This document shows positions 9,463-18,580 of a DNA stretch of 64,000 nt, piece after piece. The DNA is from a virus. Lineage: Duplodnaviria > Heunggongvirae > Uroviricota > Caudoviricetes. The stretch lies in the IMG/VR virus record IMGVR_UViG_3300027156_000002. One strand, written 5' to 3'. Position numbers and translations under genes: made by a program. The notes under the pieces were generated by a model. It saw only the letters and a list, made by a program, of their open reading frames with translations, did no database searches and had not been told where the DNA came from. Within the stretch, counting starts at the first letter, position 1, and each line of letters begins with the position of its first letter.

Positions 9463-10059
9463 TTATTGAGACAGAGGATTATCCAATGCTTTCTTAATCT
9501 TCATGTCCACTTCGTTTCTCAACGCACGGATTTCCGCTGTTGTTTCTTTTTGATTTTTTACTAATTCTTGTGTCACTTCTTTTACGCTCTGGTCACTATA
9601 TCTACGAACTTCTTTCAATGTAGAATCAGAGTCTTTTTTAATTTCTTTAATAGCAATATCAGTATCTCTTAGACTAGCCTTTGTAGATCTCTCTAAGTTT
9701 TCAACAACACCCTCAACTCTACGAACATCGTTCTTTAAGTCGTTTTTAATGTTGTTTGTGTATTCAGTCATCTTGCTAGTATTTGCATCTAACACTTCCA
9801 TCTTTTTATAGAGTTCAGTTAAGTCAGGTGTTACGTACTCAGCAATTTTCTTTTTCATACTCATGTAGTCTTTATAGACTTCAAACGTACCATAAAGACC
9901 ACCAAGCAATGAAGACACTAATGTAAATGCAACCATCAGTTTGGCTGGTGTAAATTCATATCCACCAATACTGATAACCGTATCTTTACTAGCATACTTC
10001 TTTACTGCTGCTTCTGCTTCGTCAATCTTTTTATTGACATCTTTAATTTCTTCTGACAT
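9463..10059 (-). CDS. coiled-coil membrane protein, paralog B
   Basis: 198 aa. Tandem duplicate of 8975..9451 with a longer C-terminal coiled coil. Confidence 0.5.
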   Translation of the reverse strand: MSEEIKDVNKKIDEAEAAVKKYASKDTVISIGGYEFTPAKLMVAFTLVSSLLGGLYGTFEVYKDYMSMKKKIAEYVTPDLTELYKKMEVLDANTSKMTEYTNNIKNDLKNDVRRVEGVVENLERSTKASLRDTDIAIKEIKKDSDSTLKEVRRYSDQSVKEVTQELVKNQKETTAEIRALRNEVDMKIKKALDNPLSQ

Positions 10060-10102
10060 TTTAATATCCTTTAAATTTCCGTAGGTTCCGAGTTGATATT
10101 AA

Positions 10103-11899
10103 TTATTTTGCGTATTGACTCTCCACCATTTCATTGTGGACTCTATCTGATCCACCAAACATTCTTAAAGCACTACGATTATCCACAGTTCGTTGGTTCC
10201 CATAAACTGTATATGGTCTATAACCAACTCCATCTGGGATCATTGCTTTGCTATAAGAATCAAATCCAGGAGTAAATCCCATTGCTTGAATCACAACATT
10301 CTGAATCTGCTTTTGAGATTCCATGTCTGCTACTTTACCCATTTCATTTGCGAGGTTCTTACCTTTTTCTACAGCTTCTGCTCTTGCTGCTGCTTGTCTT
10401 CTTTCTTGTAATGCTTGTCTAGCATTTGGTGCTGCTGGTTTTTCATTACCACCTTGTGCTTGTTGAGTCTGTGGAGCAGCTGTCTTTTCTCCAGCTTCGG
10501 GTTTGTTTTCTGGTTTTCTTTCTTGCTGTGCTTGTTGTTGTGGAGCAGCTGGCGCAGGTGGAGGTGGTGCTAATTGTACTGGAGCACTCGGTGCAGCTGC
10601 AGAGTTTGTTGTTGGTGCGGGTGCAGCAATAACTCTATCCACGTTACTATCACCTGTTCTTGAAACACCAACTGCAACCGATCCATCTGAACTTACTGTA
10701 GCAGAAGCAGTTGTAGTTGATGGTTGTGTATTTGAAGGATCGTTTCTTGCTATAACACCAGCAGTAGCTACTGTTGATGCCATGTTTTGTTGTTCAAGTA
10801 ACATTTTTGTAGCATATGCAGTTGCGTAATTTGGACATTGCTGACTGTATAATCCATTCAATGAACATTGTTGATTAAAGTATGCTTGCTCATATCCAGG
10901 ACAAGTTGTAGAATACAGAGAGTTTATTGAACACTGATAGTTAAGATACGCTGATGCATAACCTGGACAGTTAACATCAAATAGTGGATTAGCAGTACAT
11001 TGTTGAGTAAAATATGCAGCTGCATAACCTGGACATGATGGATCGTACAAAGCACTTATTGAACACTGTTGAGTTAAATACGCAGCTGCATAACCTGGAC
11101 ATGATGGAGAAGATAGTGGGTTCGTTAAACACATATCAACAGCACCAGTGCCACTTAATGCTTGCCAACTAAAAATACCTGAACTCCCAGGAGTAATGTT
11201 TATACCTTGTCCATGATATGCTTGAAAATACTCACCCTTTGATAAATCGCCAGCCATACCAGATGTAACTCTGTTCCAACTCACCATAGCACCAGCAATT
11301 CTAGTGTCTATTAAACCAGATGAGTTAATTTTAATTTCAAAACTATTTCCACCAGCAGAAGAACAGCATTGACTTGAGTTATACCACCCATAAGTCATTT
11401 CGTTTGTGCCACGAAGATAATATTGATTATTAGTCCACGAATATAAATCAGTATGCAAACCATAGATGGTATAGTTGTATCTTGAATCTCTTGTGGTTCG
11501 TAAATCAACACCTTCGCAGCATGCGCCATAGAGACCAGATGTTGCTGGGTTTTGGAATGTAACTAAACCATTGGTCATCGCCCAAGAGTTGTTGAAGTTT
11601 TGTCCGTAGAATGGAAATGTGAATCCAAGTGGAACTTCATTATACCAGTCATCCCATGTTGAGATATTTACAGCATTGGGATTGTTTTTAATATCTTGTA
11701 ATGGAAGTGCTGCTGACCCAGTTCCAACTGTAACTGACAAACCAGCACCACCTGGAATTGGTACTGATACTAAACCACCTGTTCCACCATTAACTGGTGT
11801 TAAGGTAAAATCTGTTCCAGGGATTTGAACTTGTGCTTTAGCTCTTGGCGCAAATAGAGCCAAGCAAAAAACTAAAATCACTAAACCCCAAAATCTCAT
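10103..11899 (-). CDS. secreted repeat protein (5 tandem CPGYxxAYxxQQCSxNxLY repeats, Pro/Ala/Gln linker, C-terminal domain)
   Basis: 598 aa. The N-terminal signal peptide is MRFWGLVILVFCLALFAPRAKAQ. Five roughly 22-aa Cys-containing repeats are read directly, followed by a low-complexity APAPT...PPPPAPAAPQQQ linker. Confidence 0.55.
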   Translation of the reverse strand: MRFWGLVILVFCLALFAPRAKAQVQIPGTDFTLTPVNGGTGGLVSVPIPGGAGLSVTVGTGSAALPLQDIKNNPNAVNISTWDDWYNEVPLGFTFPFYGQNFNNSWAMTNGLVTFQNPATSGLYGACCEGVDLRTTRDSRYNYTIYGLHTDLYSWTNNQYYLRGTNEMTYGWYNSSQCCSSAGGNSFEIKINSSGLIDTRIAGAMVSWNRVTSGMAGDLSKGEYFQAYHGQGINITPGSSGIFSWQALSGTGAVDMCLTNPLSSPSCPGYAAAYLTQQCSISALYDPSCPGYAAAYFTQQCTANPLFDVNCPGYASAYLNYQCSINSLYSTTCPGYEQAYFNQQCSLNGLYSQQCPNYATAYATKMLLEQQNMASTVATAGVIARNDPSNTQPSTTTASATVSSDGSVAVGVSRTGDSNVDRVIAAPAPTTNSAAAPSAPVQLAPPPPAPAAPQQQAQQERKPENKPEAGEKTAAPQTQQAQGGNEKPAAPNARQALQERRQAAARAEAVEKGKNLANEMGKVADMESQKQIQNVVIQAMGFTPGFDSYSKAMIPDGVGYRPYTVYGNQRTVDNRSALRMFGGSDRVHNEMVESQYAK

Positions 11900-12372
11900 T
11901 AGTCTTTACTCTTGACTTTTTGTGGAACTCTGTCTGGATTATCTTCCCAGATTTTCTTAGCTTGCTCGCCAATTTTCCCATCAACAGGACATGGAGTTCC
12001 TGCATTCATCATTGCTGTAAATACTCGCTCATCTTGGCATAGTGTAGAAACTGCTGCTACCTTCATACCCATATCATACATGGAACGAGCTAATTTTAAT
12101 CTTTCGCAATTCTTGTCAACCATAGTTGCTCCAAAGGAGATACCAAGAATTTGTGTTTGTGCTGCGCCAGATACACCTACTGCGCAAACGTCTGAATTGA
12201 TAACTGTGACTGCTGGAGCCACCGCTGTTGGAGGTGGTGATTTTACTGTTGTGGTGCTATTTGAAGTTGAATCTGTGGTAGATCTACTTGTCGAATCAGT
12301 GACGATGGGATCAGCCATCGCTGGGGACAAAACCATGACAAAAAGCACCGCTGTAGCGATCTTTTTAGTCAT
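11899..12372 (-). CDS. secreted Ser/Thr-rich protein
   Basis: 157 aa. Signal peptide followed by TDSTSRSTTDSTSNSTTT low complexity. Confidence 0.45.
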   Translation of the reverse strand: MTKKIATAVLFVMVLSPAMADPIVTDSTSRSTTDSTSNSTTTVKSPPPTAVAPAVTVINSDVCAVGVSGAAQTQILGISFGATMVDKNCERLKLARSMYDMGMKVAAVSTLCQDERVFTAMMNAGTPCPVDGKIGEQAKKIWEDNPDRVPQKVKSKD

Positions 12373-12464
12373 TTTAAACCTTTATTTTAATTGTTTTATG
12401 ATCTCAACAACTACTCATGGTAACCTATTATTTAGGCATTTGAGGGGTTTTCGCAATAAGAAAT

Positions 12465-13604
12465 TTATCTTAATGGCATTCTCGGTGGTTTTTCTGGTGG
12501 AAGTTGTATAGAAATATTATCAGTTGTCTCAACATTAGATTCTAATGTTATACGTTTTTCACGTTGTCCAAAAGTTCCATACTCTTCTACTTTTGGAGTA
12601 GTTTCTGGAATAATAACATCTACTTCTTTATTCATCTCAGCCATTTGTTCTGGCTCTAGTTCTTCAGGTTTCTTTTTACCAAAGAAATCTTCGATAATCT
12701 TCTTAGATTCCATTGGCAATGGACTCTTTTTAAAGAACATATCTGACCACTTAGGTTTATCTGGTTCGGGTTCTAATTCATCATTATCTTTAAGAACTAT
12801 AGACTGAATTACATCATTACCTTCTGAATCAGTTTTAATTACTACTGACTTTACACTCTCATCTTTTCGCATTTGCCAGTTGGCAGCAACTAGCATTAGA
12901 ACTGCAAGTGGATCAAATACAATAACAATCATGATAATAACCCAGCGGACTGCTTTCTCAAGCAAATCCGTTTCTGGATTATCACCGTAAAGTAATGCTG
13001 CTATGTATTTTATTGGACCGACTTCGGCTTCGACTTTACGGACTTCGCTGGCGATTGGCGCACGCTCTTCGTTGAGTTTTGCGATCTTGGTTTGCGAGGT
13101 GCCGATTTCTTGGAGGATTCTGGCTCTGTCTTTTTGCTGGTTTCTACGGATGGAGATGGCTCGCTCTGCTCCGCTGGCTTCTGTGGTTCTGGCGATGGTT
13201 TGATCAACTTGAGAATCGAGTTGAGAAAGTTCTTTACGATTTGCATTTATGTTTTCCTTTTCTGTTTTAATTTTTTCATCTATTAGTGCAAGTTTTGCTT
13301 GCACATCACCTGATGGGATTGCTTGGTCCAAGTGTGCTTTACTTAGGTAACCAAAAATTCCCATAGAAGTTAATAGCATCAATACAACCAAAGCGAATGT
13401 AAAGTATGTCTTCATCAACACTGGAATTTCTTTCCAAGTTCGATAAAGCCATGATGCTACTACAAGTTTCGATGCTTCTAGCAACGAACCCATAATTAAA
13501 ATAGGAATAACAGCTGCTGCGAAAATTGCCACCAGACCCATAATTGAGTAGTAAGCTGCGCAAGCTGATAATGCCAATGCTGTTATGAATAATAGGTATT
13601 TCAT
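12465..13604 (-). CDS. membrane protein with coiled-coil region
   Basis: 379 aa. Multiple N-terminal TM helices, a central coiled coil and a C-terminal Pro-rich tail. Confidence 0.5.
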   Translation of the reverse strand: MKYLLFITALALSACAAYYSIMGLVAIFAAAVIPILIMGSLLEASKLVVASWLYRTWKEIPVLMKTYFTFALVVLMLLTSMGIFGYLSKAHLDQAIPSGDVQAKLALIDEKIKTEKENINANRKELSQLDSQVDQTIARTTEASGAERAISIRRNQQKDRARILQEIGTSQTKIAKLNEERAPIASEVRKVEAEVGPIKYIAALLYGDNPETDLLEKAVRWVIIMIVIVFDPLAVLMLVAANWQMRKDESVKSVVIKTDSEGNDVIQSIVLKDNDELEPEPDKPKWSDMFFKKSPLPMESKKIIEDFFGKKKPEELEPEQMAEMNKEVDVIIPETTPKVEEYGTFGQREKRITLESNVETTDNISIQLPPEKPPRMPLR

Positions 13605-14026
13605 AGTTTGTGTAGTATGTGTGATTTGTGGACTCTAACAGAGATTTGTCCGTTGTAATATTCTTCTGTTTCTAATACTTTCCTTAAAAACTGCTCTCGT
13701 GCTTCGATGTATGAACACTCTGCTTTTGATTTGCAGTAGTACAAAATTTCTCGTGTGAATGACTCCTCACCCAATCTCTCAACGTCTTTATTTAATTCAA
13801 TGCTAGAACCATAGTAAGTTAGCCAATCAGATTCAATCTTACCTCGAATCTTCTTTTTCTTTTTTGTTCCATTTTTCAACTTAACTGTTTTGTAAGTTGT
13901 CTTGGAAAATTTTGCTAACTTCTTACCTATGTATTTTCTATCGTTGGTTTTATTTGTGATCAAATAAACGAACCCAACACAATCCTCAGGTAATGATTCT
14001 ACTGTTTTGTTTTGATAATGCCACAT
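13601..14026 (-). CDS. GIY-YIG homing endonuclease (Seg-like), short form
   Basis: 141 aa. GFVYLITNKTNDRKYIGKK matches the GIY-YIG motif. Its start overlaps the upstream stop as TAATG. Confidence 0.65.
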   Translation of the reverse strand: MWHYQNKTVESLPEDCVGFVYLITNKTNDRKYIGKKLAKFSKTTYKTVKLKNGTKKKKKIRGKIESDWLTYYGSSIELNKDVERLGEESFTREILYYCKSKAECSYIEAREQFLRKVLETEEYYNGQISVRVHKSHILHKL

Positions 14027-14175
14027 TATTCTTCATCGTCTAGATCCTCTTCTTCGTAGATGTCAGCAGAACAAACTGGGCAATATACCACATCTTCTGT
14101 TGAATGGTCATCTCCTTTGAGAACGATCTTTCCTCGTGCTCCACATGATTCACATTCAAAATATTTAGTCGACAT
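14027..14175 (-). CDS. small zinc-ribbon protein (49 aa; CxxC...CxxC), not in ORF track
   Basis: Hand-translated MSTKYFECESCGARGKIVLKGDDHSTEDVVYCPVCSADIYEEEDLDDEE. Exact ends are within 3 nt. Confidence 0.35.
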
Positions 14176-14890
14176 TTTTTACCCTTGCTAATCCTAATGT
14201 ATTAAAAATCCTATACCACATCCAACCGATATCAAACTCCAATGATTTTCTACTTAATTTTGGGTTTGCTGGCTCGCCATGGTGATTGTTATGCAGTTCT
14301 TCACCACCAATAATAATCCCCCATGGAACTATATTAGTTGATTTATCCTTACTATCATAGTTTCTATAACCATAATAGTGCCCCAAACCATTTATAACAC
14401 CTGCAGCCCAGAATGGAATCCAGATCATCTGAACACCCCAAACCCAGAGACCCCACCAGCCAAAGAATAAACAATCAAGAATTAACATTACCACAATTCC
14501 AGCATATGGAAATTTAGAGTAGACATTTTTCTCGACCCAATCGTCTGGCGTACCGACACCATATTTAGCAATCATTTCTTTGTCTTTGGAGGATTCAACA
14601 TAACAGAAAACACCAGCGAATAAAATATACCAAATACCGAAAATATGTGGGGTATGTGGGTCACCTTCTTTGTCAGAGTTCTGATGGTGTTTGCGATGTA
14701 TGGCAACCCATTCTTTAGTTACCATACCAGTTGTCAACCACAACCAGAATCTCATAAAGTGGGAAAGACCTGGATGAAAGTCAATACCTCTGTGAGTTTG
14801 CCCTCGATGTAAAAACAAAGTAACACAAATGATGGTGATGTGGGTCATCACCAATAGGTACAAGAATGCCATCAAGCAGCCTTGCCCCAA
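14165..14890 (-). CDS. membrane fatty-acid (acyl-lipid) desaturase
   Basis: 241 aa. Histidine boxes HRGQTH, HRKHH and HNNHH within TM segments. Confidence 0.75.
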   Translation of the reverse strand: MGQGCLMAFLYLLVMTHITIICVTLFLHRGQTHRGIDFHPGLSHFMRFWLWLTTGMVTKEWVAIHRKHHQNSDKEGDPHTPHIFGIWYILFAGVFCYVESSKDKEMIAKYGVGTPDDWVEKNVYSKFPYAGIVVMLILDCLFFGWWGLWVWGVQMIWIPFWAAGVINGLGHYYGYRNYDSKDKSTNIVPWGIIIGGEELHNNHHGEPANPKLSRKSLEFDIGWMWYRIFNTLGLARVKNVD

Positions 14891-15864
14891 ACATCATCCC
14901 AGCTGCCAGACAATGCACCTTTGGCATAGTCAGTAACACGATTCTCAAAGAAGTTTCCGTGCACTGGTGCGTTAATCATTTCTTCTACCCATGGCAAAGG
15001 ATTCTTCTTAACTTTGAAAATACCTTTCATACCTAGCGAGATAAGGCGACGATCTGCGATGTAACGGATGTACTGTTTAACATCTTCAGCTTTTAGATCA
15101 CGCATCTCGCCATTCTGGTAGCAGAGATCGATAAACTTATCTTCCAATGCAACCATCTTTTCAGCGATAGTATAAATCTTAGATTTAAGTTCATCATTCC
15201 AGATCTCTGGGTTCTCCTTGATAAACTCTTTAAATAATTTGATCATATTCTCAGCATGCATCGTTTCATCAACAATACTCCAAGTAACGATCTGACCCAT
15301 ACCCTTCATCAAACCATGGCGAGGGAAGTTCAACAACATAATGAATGAAGAGAACAACTGCATCCCTTCAGTGAATGCAGAGAACACCGCAATGTGTGTT
15401 GCTGTTGATGCCAATGTACCATTCTTCGAAGATAACTCAAGAACATAATCGTGCTTGTCACGCATCTCTTGATACTCAAGGAACTCATTGTAAGTTGATT
15501 CTGGCATACCCAGTGTTTCAATCAAGTGCGAGTACGCAGCAATATGCAGTGCTTCACGTGCAGCGAAACCAGAAAGCATCATGCGAATCTCTGGTTGTGG
15601 GAAGTATGGTAGATAGTTCTTAACGTAACCACCTGCCACATCGATGTCACCTTGTGTGAAAAAACGAAAGATGTTTGTCAAGAATGTTTTTTCTTCTTGC
15701 GTTAAACTTTTCTTCCATTGCTTAACGTCTTCTGCCATTGGAACTTCAGTGTGTAACCAATGTGCTTGTTCATGTTTTAGCCACGCTTCATATGCCCATG
15801 GATAATTGAAAGGTTTGAAATAATTCCTTTCATCAGTCATTTTACTCGTTTTATTCTTTACCAT
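14872..15864 (-). CDS. nrdB: ribonucleotide reductase small subunit (class Ia R2)
   Basis: 330 aa. The di-iron/tyrosyl-radical ferritin-like pattern is recognisable, and nrdA lies adjacent. Confidence 0.9.
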   Translation of the reverse strand: MVKNKTSKMTDERNYFKPFNYPWAYEAWLKHEQAHWLHTEVPMAEDVKQWKKSLTQEEKTFLTNIFRFFTQGDIDVAGGYVKNYLPYFPQPEIRMMLSGFAAREALHIAAYSHLIETLGMPESTYNEFLEYQEMRDKHDYVLELSSKNGTLASTATHIAVFSAFTEGMQLFSSFIMLLNFPRHGLMKGMGQIVTWSIVDETMHAENMIKLFKEFIKENPEIWNDELKSKIYTIAEKMVALEDKFIDLCYQNGEMRDLKAEDVKQYIRYIADRRLISLGMKGIFKVKKNPLPWVEEMINAPVHGNFFENRVTDYAKGALSGSWDDVWGKAA

Positions 15865-15865
15865 C

Positions 15866-16060
15866 TTATTCCTCGTCTGTAATTAGTTCTATTGCTTTTA
15901 TTTCTGAATTCCATTTAGCTCCAATCACCTCACGATAACCATCTCTAGTCATTATCATCGTCGCCATATGTTGTGTATGTTTTGGTCCTGATCCGCTCTG
16001 TTTATCCGTATTATCCATCCAAATAGTTTTTATTTTCCAGAATAATTCGTATGCGTCCAT
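15866..16060 (-). CDS. hypothetical small protein between nrdA and nrdB
   Basis: 64 aa ORF abutting both nrd genes. Confidence 0.35.
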   Translation of the reverse strand: MDAYELFWKIKTIWMDNTDKQSGSGPKHTQHMATMIMTRDGYREVIGAKWNSEIKAIELITDEE

Positions 16061-16061
16061 G

Positions 16062-17864
16062 TTATCCCTCGCAGGCTAAGCAAGCACCATCGTCAGCTGA
16101 TGCCAGTGCTGTTAAATCGATCTCTTTAATAACTTCTCTCTCAATTCGCTTAGCAACTTTATCTGCTTTAGCAATCTTATCTGAGCGACAATAATACATT
16201 GTTTTCAATCCTTGTTTCCATGCTTGAAAGTGAACAGCATGAATATATTTGATATGAGAATCTGGTCTAAAGAAAACATTCAGAGATTGTGCTTGGTCGA
16301 TATACTCTTGACGATCTGCTGCATGTTGAATAACCCAACGCTGATCAATCTCCATCGAAGTTTTAAATACTTCTTTAGTCCAGTCGTCCATCCACTCTAA
16401 GTGCTGCACAGAACCATCGTTGGCGATAATACTTGACCACACCTCATCCGCCCAACCTTCTTTATGATTCTCGGATTCTTTCTGAATGATTTTATCCAGA
16501 TAACGATTTTTATTTAGGTGAGAACCCGATAGAGTGTCTTGGCGATAAGCATTGGCACGATAAGGTTCAATAGAAGGACTAGTGTTGCCCATAAGAATGG
16601 AAGAAGAAGCATTGGGAGCAATAGCCATAAGATGACTAAAGCGATTCCCAGTGCCCACTGCGTCAGGTGCTTCACCTCGCTCAGTCCCCAACTTCTGATT
16701 CGCTTCATCTAACTTCTCTCTAACGTGTTTGAATATTTTTTTGTTTCTTCCAACTGCCATTGGGTTTTCCCATGGGAGATTATTTTTTTGCAGGTAGGCA
16801 TGCCAACCCAACGCACCGATGCCGATACTTCTCTCTCGCATGGCGGAATATTTCGCTCGTTTGATTGCGGAAGGTGCATGATCAATAAAATACTGAAGAA
16901 CATTATCAAGCATTTCTGCAATATCAGCAAGGAAAAGAGGATCGTCTTTCCACTCATCATAGTACTCCAAGTTTAATGAAGATAAACAACAGACAGCTGT
17001 TCGCTTCTCGTTAGTTGGTAAAATAATTTCTGAACAAAGATTTGATTGATTAACTTTTAAACCTTTATCTTTTAACCATTGTGGTAGCTTACGATTAGAT
17101 TCATCAATAAAATGTAAGTATGGTTCACCTGTCGTCATACGTAATTCTAAAATCTTCTGCCACAATTCTTTTGCTGAAACAGTTTCACGAACTTCTCCGC
17201 TATGCGGGTCTTTCAATTCCCAAGAATCATCAAAGTTTGGATCGAGCATTGACTGTTCGATAATATGCATAAATGCATCAGGGATGTTTACACCATGATG
17301 CATGTTTAGGGTTCTCAAATTCTGATCCCCTGTTGGTTTACGCATCTCTAAAAATGGGATAAGGTCTGGATGATCAATAGACAGGTAAGCAGCATAGCTA
17401 CCCCTGCGAGTACGACCCTGCCTGTATGCCAAAGAACTGGAGTCATAGATCTTGAGGTGAGGCATGACACCAGTAGATTTATCGTCTGCTGAACGAATAC
17501 CAAAGCCAATACCAACACCACCCCCGAGCATAGAAAGCCAATTAGTTTCTGATAGGTTATCAACTAGTCCCTCCGCTGTATCTTCAATATAGTTAAGAAA
17601 ACATGATATAGGCAACCCACGCTTACTGCGACCAAAAGAAAGAATGGGAGTAGAATAAGAAAGCCAATGCTTGCTGCTGTACTCGTATAACCTCTGCGCA
17701 TGTTCTTCATTAGAGCCGAATTGTTTTGATACATAAGCGAACCTTTCTTGTGGAGATTGTTCATCATCTTTCATGTAGGATTCTTTTAATCTCATTAATC
17801 CCAATGCATCGAATAAATTATCTCGGCTGTAGTCAACCTTAATGCCATGCACGACACTTTCCAT
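16062..17864 (-). CDS. nrdA: ribonucleotide reductase large subunit, cone-less (start re-assigned to ATG 17862-17864)
   Basis: RNR R1 catalytic-core motifs with the C-terminal redox Cys pair CLACEG. The track ORF overlaps the thyX 3' end by 58 nt. TGGAG SD lies 8 nt upstream of MESVVHG..., which removes the overlap. Confidence 0.85.
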   Translation of the reverse strand: MESVVHGIKVDYSRDNLFDALGLMRLKESYMKDDEQSPQERFAYVSKQFGSNEEHAQRLYEYSSKHWLSYSTPILSFGRSKRGLPISCFLNYIEDTAEGLVDNLSETNWLSMLGGGVGIGFGIRSADDKSTGVMPHLKIYDSSSLAYRQGRTRRGSYAAYLSIDHPDLIPFLEMRKPTGDQNLRTLNMHHGVNIPDAFMHIIEQSMLDPNFDDSWELKDPHSGEVRETVSAKELWQKILELRMTTGEPYLHFIDESNRKLPQWLKDKGLKVNQSNLCSEIILPTNEKRTAVCCLSSLNLEYYDEWKDDPLFLADIAEMLDNVLQYFIDHAPSAIKRAKYSAMRERSIGIGALGWHAYLQKNNLPWENPMAVGRNKKIFKHVREKLDEANQKLGTERGEAPDAVGTGNRFSHLMAIAPNASSSILMGNTSPSIEPYRANAYRQDTLSGSHLNKNRYLDKIIQKESENHKEGWADEVWSSIIANDGSVQHLEWMDDWTKEVFKTSMEIDQRWVIQHAADRQEYIDQAQSLNVFFRPDSHIKYIHAVHFQAWKQGLKTMYYCRSDKIAKADKVAKRIEREVIKEIDLTALASADDGACLACEG

Positions 17865-17884
17865 ATATTGCTCCAATTTTATTA

Positions 17885-18580
17885 TTATTTGTTTACGAAT
17901 TCTTCCACCATTGGGAAGATACTTGCTATTACTTTCGCACACTCACGTGCAACTAACATGTGTTCTTTCTGTGTACCATTTGCGCTACGCAGTTCAATAA
18001 AATGAACCCAACTACGCAAAGTGCCATTCATGTATAAACGTGAGACAGTTAAACCTTCTGGTAAAACTGCTCTTGCTTGCTCTTTGGCGATCCCATTTTT
18101 GATAGCCCAATCATATGCATGGTTCGCAGCAGAAATAACTTCTTCTTGCTTCCATCTCCACTGATCTATTAGATTTTGTTCAGTTAGTGTTAGTCCTTTA
18201 ACTTCAACTGAGTTTTGTCTGTTCTTTGTATCTTGAAGTCGTGCTTCACGAAGTACAAAGTCAAGTTCTTTTGTGGGGTCAGCATATCGTTGACTAAACT
18301 CCTGGAAGGAAAAAGAGCGATGGCGTAAAATTTGTCTTGCGATATCACGTGTAGTTTCAATTTCTAAACATGCACTCACCATCTCTAGTGGTGACCAGTG
18401 TTTATTTTTAATTAGATATCGAATCAACTTTTCTGCTGTATCTGTGTTGTATTGATTACTGGGGTTTGAAACTCTGGCACAGTAAGCAATTAAATCTTGA
18501 ACATTATCTAGACCTTCTTCAATAACTTCAGGTGTTCCCTGCGAATAATTTATTAATTTAACTTTCAAATCTTTCTCCAT
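17885..18580 (-). CDS. thyX: flavin-dependent thymidylate synthase
   Basis: 231 aa. ThyX signature RHRSFSFQEFSQRY. Confidence 0.9.
   Translation of the reverse strand: MEKDLKVKLINYSQGTPEVIEEGLDNVQDLIAYCARVSNPSNQYNTDTAEKLIRYLIKNKHWSPLEMVSACLEIETTRDIARQILRHRSFSFQEFSQRYADPTKELDFVLREARLQDTKNRQNSVEVKGLTLTEQNLIDQWRWKQEEVISAANHAYDWAIKNGIAKEQARAVLPEGLTVSRLYMNGTLRSWVHFIELRSANGTQKEHMLVARECAKVIASIFPMVEEFVNK

Noticed and set aside
17864-17942. N-terminal extension of nrdA overlapping thyX
   Set aside because: No SD for the upstream ATG. A strong TGGAG SD precedes Met27 and removes the overlap.
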